A stretch of 63,845 nt of DNA, filler included, from Pseudovirgaria hyperparasitica (Eukaryota), in assembly GCA_010093815.1 (NCBI GenBank). It is 10 parts of 8 records of this genome, joined end to end, with 100 filler letters (N's around TTAATTAATTAA, not from the genome) between each part and the next. Parts side by side here need not be neighbours in the genome. Positions count along the whole stretch, not along the records: positions 22,293 to 50,335 come from ML996568.1; 9 more parts are not named here. One strand, written 5' to 3'. Position 1 is the stretch's first letter, and each line of letters opens with the position of its first letter. The notes below the pieces were generated by a model that saw only the letters and a list, made by a program, of their open reading frames with translations, was not told the DNA's origin and searched no databases. Positions 25,682 through 38,909 of this stretch are shown here, piece by piece. The position numbers and the translations under genes are program-made.

Positions 25682-27300
25682 ATAATAATCCTTTTTAGTA
25701 TACTATAGACCTTAATAATCTCGTTCTAGAATACCTACGCTAGTTCTTTAGATATAATCATCTTCTATACCGGGATATACCTAGATATCTTTATAAGTCT
25801 ATCCACGATAATAAGAATAGAATTATAACTTATTCTAAGTATCTCGCTTAGAGATAAGTTAACTATAAAGTCTATAGTAACGTCTTCCTATATAAAGAGG
25901 GGAGCTAAAAGAGGCTATAAATTCCTATATAGCTTATACCTAGGGGCCTTCGTTCTTTAATGAATCGGATAAGTAGCTATCTATTCTTTAATATACTTAG
26001 GTATATCTTCCTAAAAATAGTACTAACGAATTAAGCTTAGGGTACATATATACCTAAAGTATTCTACTAGGTTAGCGTTATAGTATCGGCTAACTATATT
26101 AAATCGTGTATTACCTATTAGTATATAGTACTTTCTATTATAGTAAAGTAAGCCGTCTACGAAGGTCTACTTATAGTCTACTTTAGTCCGTAATAACCTA
26201 TCTTACTATATTTTATATAACTTTAAAACTATTAGGTCTATCTTCTATAGATCTATAATTAACTAGGCGAGGTTAATTAGATATTTATGCTAGGTATTAT
26301 CGCCCTTCCCAATAGCGCTAATAAATAGTCTACTAAGGACTTCGGTACCGCGTCTTTAGTTACCGGCTTCGGTCTTAGAGATTTAATTACTGGTATTAAC
26401 GTTAGTATCTCGCTAATCGCCTAATAACTTAAAATCTAACCTTATCCTTAAGAGTTAGGCCTATAGCTACTCTAGGACTCTATAGCTACTATAATTCTAG
26501 GCGCCTTCTTTATAGTTAGGTCTTCTTAATATTCTATTAGCTAGGTTTATACTTCTAGATCGATAGTAGATTATAAAGTAAAAGTTTATAAGCTACTTAG
26601 CCTATTAGATCTATTAATAGTTTAAAACCATTATACTTATAAACCCCTTTAAGTTATAGTAATTAGTTAGTAACTTAATATTATATATAGTACCTTTAAG
26701 ATAATATCGCTACTATTTAAATAACTCTACTATTACTAGTAGCTCTTAGTTATAGATAGTATATCTAGTCTTAATATTAACTATTGTGGTGAGCTATCGC
26801 CACGTGTGTCCCTTAAGTAAATGGCTGTGTTCCTAGTATAGTAGTCGCGACGAACTCACAAGCATCTCTCCCAGGTATTATAAGTTCTCTTTGAACGTAC
26901 GACTTCTTATTAGTTCTCTTTTACGATAGGACGGGTCTATATAATACTCTTAATCAATTCTTCAATAGCTAAGCCTAATAATCAATACCCATAGAGGCCT
27001 ATGAACGTAAGAAAAGGTCGAATAGTCGAATATTAGTAATGGGGGAAGCGTGTGGAGCAGAATGACCGAGGAAAACGCCCTCCTTAAATATATAATAAGC
27101 CATATAATCGAGCTAGGGACACATATATATAGGGCTGCAGGAGCGGCCTTCTACATATACCTCCCCGGCCTATAGAACTACTACCCTTAGTAGTGTAGTA
27201 ACCGTATAAGAAACCGTATGAAGAACGCCCAAAAGAAAGACCTTAATATAAATAAAATGCGCCCCTAGTAAACCCCTCGGCGCGGGTAAACCTTAGCCCG

Positions 27301-27335
27301 GATTATTAGTTAAGGGCAGCCCTTAACTAATAATC
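27301..27335. repeat. Palindrome copy 3, at the end of family C ORF3
   Basis: GATTATTAGTTAAGGGC-A-GCCCTTAACTAATAATC, 17-bp perfect arms. Confidence 0.92.
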
Positions 27336-30287
27336 AGGCAGGTTTTTAGGCGCCTAATCTTAGTACTTAAGGTCGCGAGCTAGCTCCTAAAGAATCATGT
27401 CGCTTATCTTAGAGAGGTTAGATTCCTCCTCGTCGGATAGTTCATTAGGCCTCTTCTATCCGTAGAAGTTCTCTTCGACGTTATCTAGGCCCGCGTCGGG
27501 CTCGAATTTCTTAAAATTAATTAGCCGCTTAGTAGCGCGCGCCTCGTTAAATTCCTTCTAGAACGACCTATCCCTATAGACCAGCCTTTCCTACCTTACT
27601 ATTTTCTTAAAGGTCTCCACGAATACCCTCGAGCCCTCCTTAAACTAGGCGTCTACCTTAGCTTTAAGTTATTAAGGACTTGCGTTAAGCCACGTAGCTG
27701 CCTCTTCTTTCACCTCCTAGCTGTCCTATCTTTTACAGCCGACTAATACGTTACTAACGGCGTTAAAACTCGGGAGTTAAACTGCGACTAGGAAGGCAAA
27801 AGGAATCGCGCTATATTTATTAGAAAATCCTAACGGAGACGTAGGTCCCGGAGTTAAATTCCTATAAGCTGCTACGAGTTATTCCTATGTACCTATTTTA
27901 GGCACTTCTATTATCATGTAATTAGGGCCAATCGCGATATACCATAGAAGTATCATGCGTCTTCCACCCTTTACGGGACCCTAGGTGCCGTGCATTATTA
28001 GTAGGCTAGAGATACGTACTTTAAGGGACTAGTAGGGGACCGGGACGAAGGGACTAAATCGTTTCCTATCGTCCGTATTATAGATCTTATCGTTAATAGC
28101 CGTAATTATACCGTTTTGATTAACCCCCTCGCGGAGCTTAGCCTTCGACTACTATTCGTTTAAGAACTTATAGGAGCGGGGAACGATTATAGTATAGTCG
28201 TCACTTCGTTCGTCGTCGAGACTAATACTCCCCTAGATTATATTAAACCCGTATCTATCGCTGGGATCGAGGATTCGATTAATGGCGTTATCGAGATGCT
28301 TAAAACCCGTCTTATCGCCCCTATCCTAGGACTTCGCATAGTACGGGTACGAGATTAGATAGTAGTTAAGATCGGGCCGAAGAGCGATATAGGTGAGCTA
28401 GTAAAGTGGGCATTACCTAATAAACTATTAGATATAGGAGTGGTATATAGTTCGTAGCCAGCCGTAGTTCGATTTCTTATTAAATATGCGCTGGTAGTAC
28501 TTGTATATATTAAATTCATCCCTCGCGAGTTCTAGGATACTCTTATTAAGTATAGAGGTCGTCTTTTTAAGTGGCTCGAAGAGCCCTTTAATATTAATAC
28601 TTCCGGTACGTTCCCACTCGTCGAAGAGTTACCTACCTATTCTACCGTCCTCCTTCTAAATTACAAATGCGATACTAGTAAGGATGGTTTTAATATTAAT
28701 AACTTGCTTCGGGGTCTCTAGGGCCTAGTAATAATAGACACCTAATATCTCTATCGGATAAGGTGGCCGCGCGTACTTCGCGAACCAGGTATAGCGGTCC
28801 TTATAAACTTTAAGGGCCCCCACGTTATCTCTAAACTTATATACTATTTTAAGTCTCGCTACTAGGTTTAAGTAGGACACGCTAACGAGCATATTATTCT
28901 TTCTAGCCACGTCTTAGTAATACTTATAGTAGACTTTATACGGAACAGCCATGTTACCTATCTACGCTTTCTAGCGTACTAGTAGGGCTATTCCCTTAAT
29001 GCTCGTGAAATTCTTCTTTAATAATGTAGCTACCTTAAAAGTCTTCGTCACTAAAGGCGCGTATCGACACTTCTTAGGCTCGTCCTCTTCCTTAACTAAT
29101 GCTATCGTCTTAGGGTACGAACTAAGAACAACCGGGGATTGCCGTATAGGCGCCCCTGGTAATTACTAAGGGCCGGTAGATGAGGCACGCCCGCGAGTGG
29201 GTTTTATTAGCGTGGCTATAACGGGCACTAAAGACGTTCTTACATGGCCTAGTAAGGGACGTTTACTAGTGGTAGTGGGAGGAATACTTACTTTAAACGG
29301 ACGACTAGCTTCGAAGAGACGACGTGCTACTAAACTAGAAGGCGTACTTCGTGGAGGGGACTTTACCGCGGGCGTTACCTACGCTGGTTTTAGCGACGGT
29401 AAGGTCTAAGGCGGAGGCAATGCACTCATCTCTTTGATTTATAGGTAGTGTTCGACGGGCCTATAAACCATTCTACTTATCCGTGACTATTAACTAGCGG
29501 GGATAATAAGTCCCGTCTTATTATAGAACGTTAGTTTATTTTATTAGCTAGGGTAGTTTAAGAGTTACTAGAGAGATAGGCCGTCCTCGTTACTATCGCT
29601 AGCTAGGGCGGCATTAATATTAGAGCTCTAAAGATATGCCTTAATTCCCCTTCCCTTCTATCCCTGGCCGATTCGGGACTATAGGGATACGTTTAACTAG
29701 TTCCTCGCTCTCGCCCATGTTCGCACTCGTAAGAGCGCTACTAGCTTTTCCATGAAGTTCTATGTTTACTAGAGCTATCCGAGGGCGGATTAGAGTAACT
29801 AGCCGTCGTTATTAGGGAGGTCTTTTCGCTAGTTTTATAGGATTATATTTTTAGCTTTTAGGATACGGGAGTTAGTATCTCTTCCACGACGAATTATCTC
29901 GTGGACTTCTTTCGGAATAGAGGAGTTAATCTTTGCCTTACTATACCCTATTACGGCTTCTACTTCCTGGAAGAGGTCGACTATACTACTTAAGAGCTAT
30001 TCTACGAGGCTAGTGATGTGAAGGAGATTATTAAACATGTCTAGAATATAGTCCCATCGCTCTTACGGGTCCTGGATAGCGATAATTCGGTTAATAGTGG
30101 ACTTATTTATTTCTATAGCTTCTATAGTCTATCCGTGCGGAGTAGTAGATGGCCTTAATACCACGATAGCCGTCGATAGCCCTACTTTAGCACTTACGAC
30201 TCTTAACTAGGACCGCGTCTATCTTATTAGTGCTTAACGATCTTATAACTCTTTATAGGTAGGCGTTTTCTTCTTCGGCGGGGCTAT
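27306..30287 (-). pseudogene. Family C ORF3, ~990 codons, with a C-terminal PhyH-like 2OG-Fe(II) dioxygenase domain
   Basis: Frame conserved from a putative RIP-mutated start (M)APPKKKTPTYK (30287), through GWLRTIYHS, LISYPYYAK, TGFKHLD (HLD 28290-28298), I*GSISLDDERSDDYTIIVPRSYK and MHGT (H 27990-27992), to GRRMILLWY. Confidence 0.75.
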
Positions 30288-33200
30288 TATTATTATTAGT
30301 TCTATCGGCGAGTTACGTTCTAAGAAGAGGTGGTTTAAGCGAGGCGGAAGTAGAGGAGGAGGTTTTATTAATTAAGGAGGTATAGAGAGGTGTAAGAGGG
30401 AAGAGTTATATACTATCTTAAGTTCTCTTTTTATGCCTCCTCGAATACCGGGTATATGGTAATTTTTATAAATGATTCTTACTAACGGCCGTAGGCCCGT
30501 ATACGTGTCGAATCTATGAATGAATATATACTAGGTATATAGGAAATCTATGAATGAATGTATCTACCGGGTATATGGCGGAATCTATAAATGAATAGAT
30601 ACCGGGTATATTCTTATCCCCATGAGACTTCCTATAAGTATCTTTTTCTCTTATACCTCCTCCTTCTTTTCTTCCTTATTAGTTCCTAATGGGGCCCGTT
30701 CTATAGTAACGAAATAGGCCTTCGATGGGTAGGCTTCGATTATACGACCGGTTTTAATATATGGTAGGTAGAATTTCGTGTAAATGCCATTATGTCTTCT
30801 TTCGAGCATTACTTACTTTAATAATGGGTTTTATTATTTTATAGTAATAATAGGGTTTATTATCCTCTTTCGATGATAGAGTTTATCGTCATGAGACTAC
30901 TTTTATAAGTATCCCTTCCCTCCTTAAAAAAACTTCTGTCCCCTAGAAGGAGATATCGATTCTAGGGAAACGTAAATATTCCTCTCTATTGAAGTCTTAT
31001 AGAGTAGGAATCACTACTTCTACCCGGGTTCGTGTGGCGTCGTCGAGGTGTTCCGTAAGTTATTTATAATAGTTTTTCTTATCGCTACTCTCCTTATTTT
31101 CCTCGGTAATTCTTCTGATTGGTGGTCGTAAGGGCTCGTCGTGACTCTCGTTACTTATATTTCTCATGAAATATTTCTTTAACCTGTGGCTAGGAAACGT
31201 CCCTCTAAGCATGGCTCTATTAAGCTCCGCGAGCTTATAAGTGTAATTAAACACGGACTAGATTCTATATGGCCCCCTCTAATGCTACCTTAGCTTTCGC
31301 CCTATATCCTTCTATCGCTACGAGTCGTATAGAAGGATAATCGTATCGACTAGTAACGACTCTTAACGAAGGTAATGGTCGTTATTCCATGCCTCTCTTA
31401 ATTCCTTACGCGTTCGTGTCGCGTGGGCATGGGCCTCCTTAAGATCCTCGGATCTTCTCTTAAGTTATCTAGCTCGAAGAGCGAGTAAGTCGGACGTTAA
31501 TCGCACCTCGTTCTAAGGGAGCATTCGGAGCGACTCGAATTTAACTTTAATAGGTATGATTAGTTTATAGCCGAGCACGAGGTATACGGTATTATACCCT
31601 ATACTAGCACGTGTCGTTATTCTATCTACCTAGACGACCGTATAGAGGTGGTCGGGCTAGTTCTTGAATCCGCCATTAGTCATCTTCGCGAGAGTATTAG
31701 CGAGTAGTATAAAACTTCTCTTAATAATCCTATTTACTCGGGGATTATACATAGATATAACCTTCTAATAAATTCTATAGAGTCGGAGGAGCTCCTCTAT
31801 GGCATCTATATTTTCTCTACCACCGTTATAGGTGATTTTAGGAATGATTCTATATCTATAGATCACGTTCTTAAAGAGGAACTTTGCGACGACTATGGAC
31901 GTGGCCACCGTATATGCCTCCGCCTTAGTCCATCCGCTTAGCTATTCTTATATAGATACTACTTTACTATACCCCATGGAAGGTAGTAGTGCCGTTACGT
32001 CTAAGTATATTCTTTACCAAAGAACAGGCGTTATAATATAGTAGAGCCCTTTATTAAGACCTCCGAGGAGCTTACTTCGTCATTAATATTTATTATAGGT
32101 TTTCACGTGCTATCGCACGTCTCTACGTATACCTACCTACTAATACTTATCCTTAATCCTTCCGAGGGTCCCTTTGCTACCTCTATAATCTATCTCGTCG
32201 TGAGTAGTAGTAATTATACGCGCCCTAGTATTCGGATCCTTAATTACTCGTGTATATTAGCGATACCTATCTCCTCTCCGCTAGAGTATTTAGTCACGCA
32301 TAAGGAACTTTAGGTAGTCGGTTATAAAGGCCTTATACGCTCGGTCGGTTAGGTTAGTTAGCCTCTTAAGTATAGTAAGATACTTCGTAATCCTCTACTA
32401 TTTATCGCTATATTCATCTATTAAGGGAGACTTAATGGCGGTATAGTCGAGTGTCTCTATCGTGTAATCTCTCCTACTAACGGGCTTAATTAACGACGTC
32501 TCTAGCACGTCTATATATAGAGCTATATCCACGAACTCGTCTAGGTTAAAGGTAGGAACGTCTAGTGGTTCTTCTCCTTCGTATATCCGTGAGATACTAT
32601 TAGCGACTACGTTGCGCTTTCTAGGTATATACCTAACTATGAAGTTCTATATCTAAATCCACGCGAGCCACCTAGTAACGAGCGCCCCTAGTAAGTTAGT
32701 TACGGTGTGGTTAATTTAAGCGACTAGAGTATTCGCGTCTATTTCTATAATAAAGTGCGTGCTATAGAGGTATTACTAGAACTTCTATAACGCGTGGAGG
32801 AGGGCTCGGTACTCTAGCTTCATGGTGTCGTAGTTTCTCTTAGCTTTTAACTATATTCCTCTATTATACCGCGATAGCTAACGTTTATAATTCTCGTTCT
32901 CCTATATTAACGTAGCTCCCTATCTAACGTTACTAGAGTCTACTACTAGAATTATATCTTCCATACCTGTCCCGTACTATAACGTTATTAGTACGGGAGT
33001 AGTAGTTAGAGCTATCTTTAGCGCGTCTATCGAGGTCTACTCCTTGGCTATCTACTACTAGGCCGATTTATTCTTTAATAGTATAAATAGCGGCGATGCG
33101 ATAACAGCGTACCCGGGGATCTATATCCGGAAATATATATAAACGCCAAGGAAGGCTCGCACATTCATCGTGTTTTTATAGGGTTTCTAGTCCCTAATAG

Positions 33201-34575
33201 TAGTAACCTTTTTATTACTCGGTCGCCTCCCTTTAATATCGCAGACGTATCCTATAACGTTAGCGGCTTTAACACACCACTAAGTCTTCTTACTACTTAG
33301 GGCGTATCCAGCGCGCTCTATATCCGCGAGAACCTTATCCACGTTAATTAAATGTTCTAGGATATACCTACGAATTCTAGGCAGGGCCTCCTTAGAGTTA
33401 TATTTCGTCGTAGGTCCTTTAATGCCTAAGTCATCTAGAAATAGTAGAGCCCTCTCCGGGATGTATTCTTATATAATAGTTAATATAATCCTAACGAACT
33501 AAGCTACTAAATTAGTGGCCCCTTAAGGTAATATTATCCTATATAGTAATCCTAGGGGCGTTATAAACCCCGTTAAGTCTTGGTAATACTCTACTAATGG
33601 AATCTAATCGTATCCTAAGAAGAAGTCGGTAAATGTTAAGACGGCTATCCCCGTGAAGTACTCTAAGAACTCTTTATACGAGGGCGGCGTGGCCGCATTA
33701 TGAATAGTAACTCGGTTGATTTCTATCACCGAATTAATTAACCTATGATCTCGTTCCTTATTAGCTTCCTTCTTCTTTTCCACGAGAAAATAGGCGTTTC
33801 GATAAGGACTACTATAGGGCTCGAGCCTTCTACTATTAAGACGCTCTTTTAGGATCGTGAGTACCTTCCTATAAAGGGCTCTAGGAATGTTAAAGTTCTT
33901 AGCCTACTATATCTTATGTTCTACCGTTCGGATCTCCTACGGAGGTACCACCTCCTCGTTAAATTTACTAAGGTATAAGAATTTCTATGCTAGTACTTCC
34001 TCGCGATATAATAAGATTATATATAGTAACTTGAGTTCCGCGGGACGTAGCTCTATTCTAATCTTTAGCTAACTTATACGTAGAGGCGTTAGACGTGTTC
34101 CTAGCGGGATAGTTACCCTTCGAGGCTCTATTAGCCTATTAAACGCGTTAAGGCCTAGGTGGACGGCTGGAAGAAGTGCCTGCTATGCGATTGCTCGTTC
34201 ACGCTAGTCTAGATACCCTAATAGATTCCTAGGAACCTTTCGGTGGGCTTCGGAGTTATCCACGGGGTGTACTTTAACTCCCTTTCTTTTATATATGGTG
34301 GCTATACTAAATCCCTTTAATACCCCGGATGAATACCGTCTTTAGAGGCCGGTGGAGCCTACTATAAGCCGTTCTATTATCATGCCCTATTTATATACGA
34401 AGGCAGCGTACCTTGCCGCCGTAACTAGGGCGGCTAAGTCATCTTTTCTCGATAACCGAGTAACATTTTTAGGCCGGATTTTCTCGGAAAGTAACTCTAT
34501 ATAACTCATTTCTATATCTATATAAAAATATAGTCTATCCCCTTCGTTAGTGGGTTTACCGGACTCTATTTAGTG

Positions 34576-34614
34576 CGGATTATTAGTTAAGGGTAGCCCT
34601 TAACTAATAATCCG
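34576..34614. repeat. Palindrome copy 4, inside family C pol between protease and RT
   Basis: CGGATTATTAGTTAAGGG-TAG-CCCTTAACTAATAATCCG, 18-bp arms. Confidence 0.92.
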
Positions 34615-37294
34615 GCTCAACTCCGGCTTCCGGCGACATGCTCTACTATATAGTTAGTCTCTAGCCACGGAGTTACCCTTCTTCTCTAAGACTAGAATAT
34701 ACTCGTCCGGGCTGGTTTCAAAGGTTATACGTTCTTATCTATATACGGAGTAGACTATTAAGAGTACTTACCCGGAGGCTAACCTCTACACCGTAAGTAA
34801 GGCCTATCTAGCATATGGCTCCCCTAGGATAAGGTTATAATTAAGTTCGCTATACACGAATATCGAAGTAGCCGTAACGATCCGACCTATACGGATAGGG
34901 TATTACTATACTATTCCTACGAATAGAGTACTATACTAAGTAGCGCTAACTAAACTCGAGTTCTTTATATATGGTAGAAGCGAAGATATCGCTAGCCCGA
35001 GACGCCTCGTAGTATCTAGTCGAATACTATTTACCTATGCGCCACTATCGAATAGTACTATACTAGTCGCCCTTTTAGGACTAACTTCTACGGGGTACCT
35101 CGGATACTCGGCCACTAGCCTTACTATCCCTTCCTTAAGCTAATTAATATCTTATTACGTAATAGCCGTCCCCGTGGCATAGAGGGGTACTAATATATTA
35201 AGTTTATTTATCTCGGGAGCCATAGTATAGTCGTTTCTTCCTTTCTTCTCGGCTCTCTCTTCTCGAGCCTTACGGACCTCTCTAGCTATAAAGTCGGGGG
35301 CGCCCTTCTCAAATACCGCGCGACGTAAGTCGCTATTAAGGCTTAATAGTTCGCTAATAGTAATATTTATGGTTGTCCCTAGAACGCGCACTAGCCATGC
35401 TTCGCTAGCTTCTATACTTAGCCGCTATCCTTCGCGTAGATAGTTATTAAGCTTAACGCCTTAGATACGTGCCTTTTAACTAGGATTTAGGCCATCCCCT
35501 TTATCTATCTTATCCTCCGGCGCTATTAGCTCTTATTTAGACGTTCCCTAGTCGCTACTCTTCTCGCCGTCCTCCTATTCCTCGATAATCCTTATATACT
35601 ACCCTTCACGCATTCCGCGGAGACGGGCGATCTTTCTTTCCTTAGTATGATTAGGTGTACTCTTCGTGATCCCCCTTCTAGATATTATAAGTATAGCGGG
35701 CTCTTCTAGGGCCATCTCCTCGTGGATATATCTATTACTAGCCACGTTAAAGCGTTCGTGGAATTCTATATATCTATCTTTCTTACTCTCGGGCGACGTG
35801 ACTTCTTCTTCCGAATTACTATCCGCCGAGGCCTGGTAGAGACCCTTCGTAGGTTTTATACTAATACTATATACCAGCACTCCCTATGAAGCGTTAATGT
35901 TTACTATAGACGTGGAAACCTTCACTCCTCCTCCGTACTAGCTTAGGCCGTTTTAAACCGTTACTACGTAGTTCCGGATAGCTTATAGAGTAGCTTATAG
36001 CCCTACTAAGGAGGGTAGTAATAGGATTTCTTCTCTATTCGCCCTAAAACGCCCTCGGAATACTCACACCCCGTTAATATTTAGTAATCCGTCTCTAATA
36101 TATCCTACTATCTCCGGACATCTATATATTAGGTAATCTTCTCCGTACGTGATGCATACGATCGGTCTTCAAGGCCTATCCTAGGCTATAACACCTTCTT
36201 AGGAGTCTCGGGTAGAGACGTATTCTCTATTCTATATATAATTCTATGGATAAACTTGCGTTAGTTCTATAGGTATGCCTCGTGCTTAGGGATGTGCTAA
36301 AAGATTTAGCCTTCGCGCCTACTAGTTAATAATAGCCGAAAGTAGCTTAGGTTCGTACTTCTTAAGGGATAGGAATAAGGGATTAGAGGTAAAGTAGGAC
36401 TTTATCTTAATTAACGTGAGGTCTAGTTTACTAAATCTTTCTACTATCTCGTTAAACTTATCCAATCCTAGCGTGACGTGTACTACGACTAGAGAGGGGT
36501 GGTTAAATTCATTAGTTCTTCTTTCTTCATATAACTACTCTTCTAAGCCGGTCTTCTTACTCCCTATCTTTAATTTATAGTATATGGCTATGGCTAGCTC
36601 TTGTGCGGCTAAGTGCTTATTAATACGAGCTAGTTCCTTAAGTGCTCTAGCCTTTCGTGATACGAAGCTATAGATAATTACCTAGTCGTAACTATATGCT
36701 TCTATCGTAAGTTAACATTTCTCTATAGCCCGAGCCTTAAGACTATTAGGTAGCCCTTCTAGGAAGAGCTCTATTCGCGAATACGAGCTTAGGCTTCCTT
36801 TAGCCGTAAGTTTCTCCGTAATAACATGATACCGGGAGTAGTATATGGGGAGAGAGTAGGATGGGTCTACTTTAACCATTTCCACGTATTTTCGGATAAA
36901 GTAGATGGTGCCTTCCTCGAGGGTAGAGTTAAATAGAGAGAATTCCTTTAATAATTCTTCACGTAGCGTGGCCCACTACTATTTCTAAAACCCACTTATT
37001 CCTTTAATAGTAGGACGGAGATGGTCCTCGTAGTATGACGGTAGGGAGGTTATCTTCTTATTAGGCGGAACTTCGTAGTTTATATACATGTCCTCGTACT
37101 TCCGAAGGAAGGCCGTGATGTTTATTCCTTTAAAGCGCTCGGGGGCTAGGGTAGGTAGAGGTACTATCCTTCCTTATCGCGTAAATACTACGAAGAAGTC
37201 AAGCATCTCTCTATGAGTTACTAGGTCGTTGTTTTAAGCTCCTATCGTACTATTACTAGTAGTAGGTGTGCTAGTAGAGACGCTGGGGGTAAGG

Positions 37295-37322
37295 TTATTA
37301 GTTAAGGGATTACCTTAACTAA
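37295..37322. repeat. Palindrome copy 5 (degenerate), inside family C gag
   Basis: TTATTAGTTAAGG-GATTA-CCTTAACTAA. Confidence 0.75.
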
Positions 37323-37805
37323 AGGTTGGCCCAATGCGCCTACCTATAACACCTATCATCCCTTCTCTATGTTAACTAATCCCTTTATAAGGTGAACTAT
37401 TACTATCGTCTTCATTAATATAAGGTTCACGGTACTCTACTTATATTATTATCTTCGTGTGAGGCGTTCCTAAAGTGGTATACTCGTGTGGCCGTATTTA
37501 TGAATGACAGCTATAGTAGCACTAAACAGGTTATATTTGTCGTTTTTGAACTCTTCTTTACTACTTCATCTAGCCCTGTTTTATATTCTATTCCCCTAAG
37601 ACATTTTCGAGTCGCGCTATCACCCGTATTAGTATGCGCATGCTTTTTACGGCTTCTTTTAAGAGGCTAGCCCCTAGCGACTCCGGACTCCCTGTTTTCC
37701 GGACTCGTGGCTTTAATCTAGTAAGTCTAGACTACCTTATTAGGCACGCTATATACTTCCCCTAAGCTAGTTTCGGAGTCCTAATCTCCCCCTATAAGTT
37801 CGTAG

Positions 37806-37822
37806 TCCGGGTACGACCTCTA
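37806..37822 (-). promoter_or_regulatory. Family C primer-binding site, tRNA-type (possibly tRNA-Gln)
   Basis: Plus strand TCCGGGTACGACCTC[T]A reads like a tRNA 3' end ...ACC-U-CCA after one RIP reversion. It lies 4 nt inside the 5' LTR. Confidence 0.5.
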
Positions 37823-38909
37823 AAATTATGGTAAGCTATCGCCACGTGTGTCCCTTAAGTAAATAGCTATATTCCTAGTATAGTAGTCACGACGAACTCA
37901 CAAGCATCTCTCCCAGGTATTATAAGTTCTCTTTAAACGCACGACTTCTTATTAGTTCTCTTTTACGATAGGACGGGTCTATATAATACTCTTAATCAAT
38001 TCTTTAATAGCTAAGCCTAATAATCAATACCCATAGAGGCCCATGAACGTAAGGAAAGGTTAAATAGTCGAATATTAGTGATGGGGGAAGCGTGTGGAGC
38101 AGAATGACCGAGGAAAACGCCCTCCTTAAATATACAATGAGCCATGTAATCGAGCTAGGGACACATACATGTAGGGCTGTAGGAGCGGCCTTCCACACTA
38201 TTTTACGTAAGAAGAACGTAACTAGATACTATTAGACCTTTTTAGACTTAGTTAGTCTAGGCTAGAAGAGAATATCTAAGATTATAAATTCTAACGCGTC
38301 GGTTTTAATACGGATAGATTTAGTCGGGTTAAAGTATACTAGTAATAGGGTAGTTATAAATACCTCTTTGATTTTCTTAAAGGAGGCCCTTTCGCCTTCT
38401 AATAATTCTATAGGCTATAATTTAATATTATACTATTTCTATCTACCGCGGACCGTAATAGACGAATCTATAGTAGTAGTATACGCGTTAAGTAGTGCTA
38501 CTAGCCGGGAGAAATTGTTAGGACGGGAACCATAACGGACCTATATAGACTATTCTAATCCATGTAGCCACGTAGTGGCTAGAGCTAGGTTAAGTTAGCT
38601 AAGTTAAGCGAGGTTACTATATAAGTAGACCGTATAAACCGATTCCTACTCGTTAGGAATTAACCTCGTATAAGAGTAAGATTACTCTATAAATATATTC
38701 CTATATCTCTCTATGAACTATTAGACTACTATCCTATATCTTTACTCTTTATATTTTAATTCCTCTCTATATAGCACGACGGTAGCTTATAGAGATAGCT
38801 CCTACTACGCGCTATAATACCCATAGTACTACCTTATACGAGAGACTCTCTCTAAATCTAAACGAAGAGAATAGTCTCTCTATAACCACCTCTACTAATA
38901 AGTATACCC

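Larger units (their letters stand above)
30950..37750 (-). pseudogene. Family C single-frame gag-pol (zinc knuckle, protease, RT, RNase H, integrase); ends approximate
   Basis: CITYGEDYLIYRC knuckle (~36119-36156), VLFDSGA (D at 35047-35049), LLFLDDLGI (33430-33441), ILVVDSS (~32940) and integrase/GPY tail RGTFPSHRLKKY. Protease, RT and the tracked ORFs starting 35880, 35391 and 31254 share one frame. Confidence 0.85.
26785..38197 (-). mobile_element. Full-length 11.4-kb Ty3/gypsy family C (no chromodomain seen) with an extra 3' ORF
   Basis: 371-bp LTRs (26785-27155, 37827-38197) with outer TG/CA ends. 4-bp TSD CTAT. PPT GGCCGGGGAGGTATA on the minus strand at 27156-27170. tRNA-like PBS at ~37806-37822. 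Confidence 0.93.
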
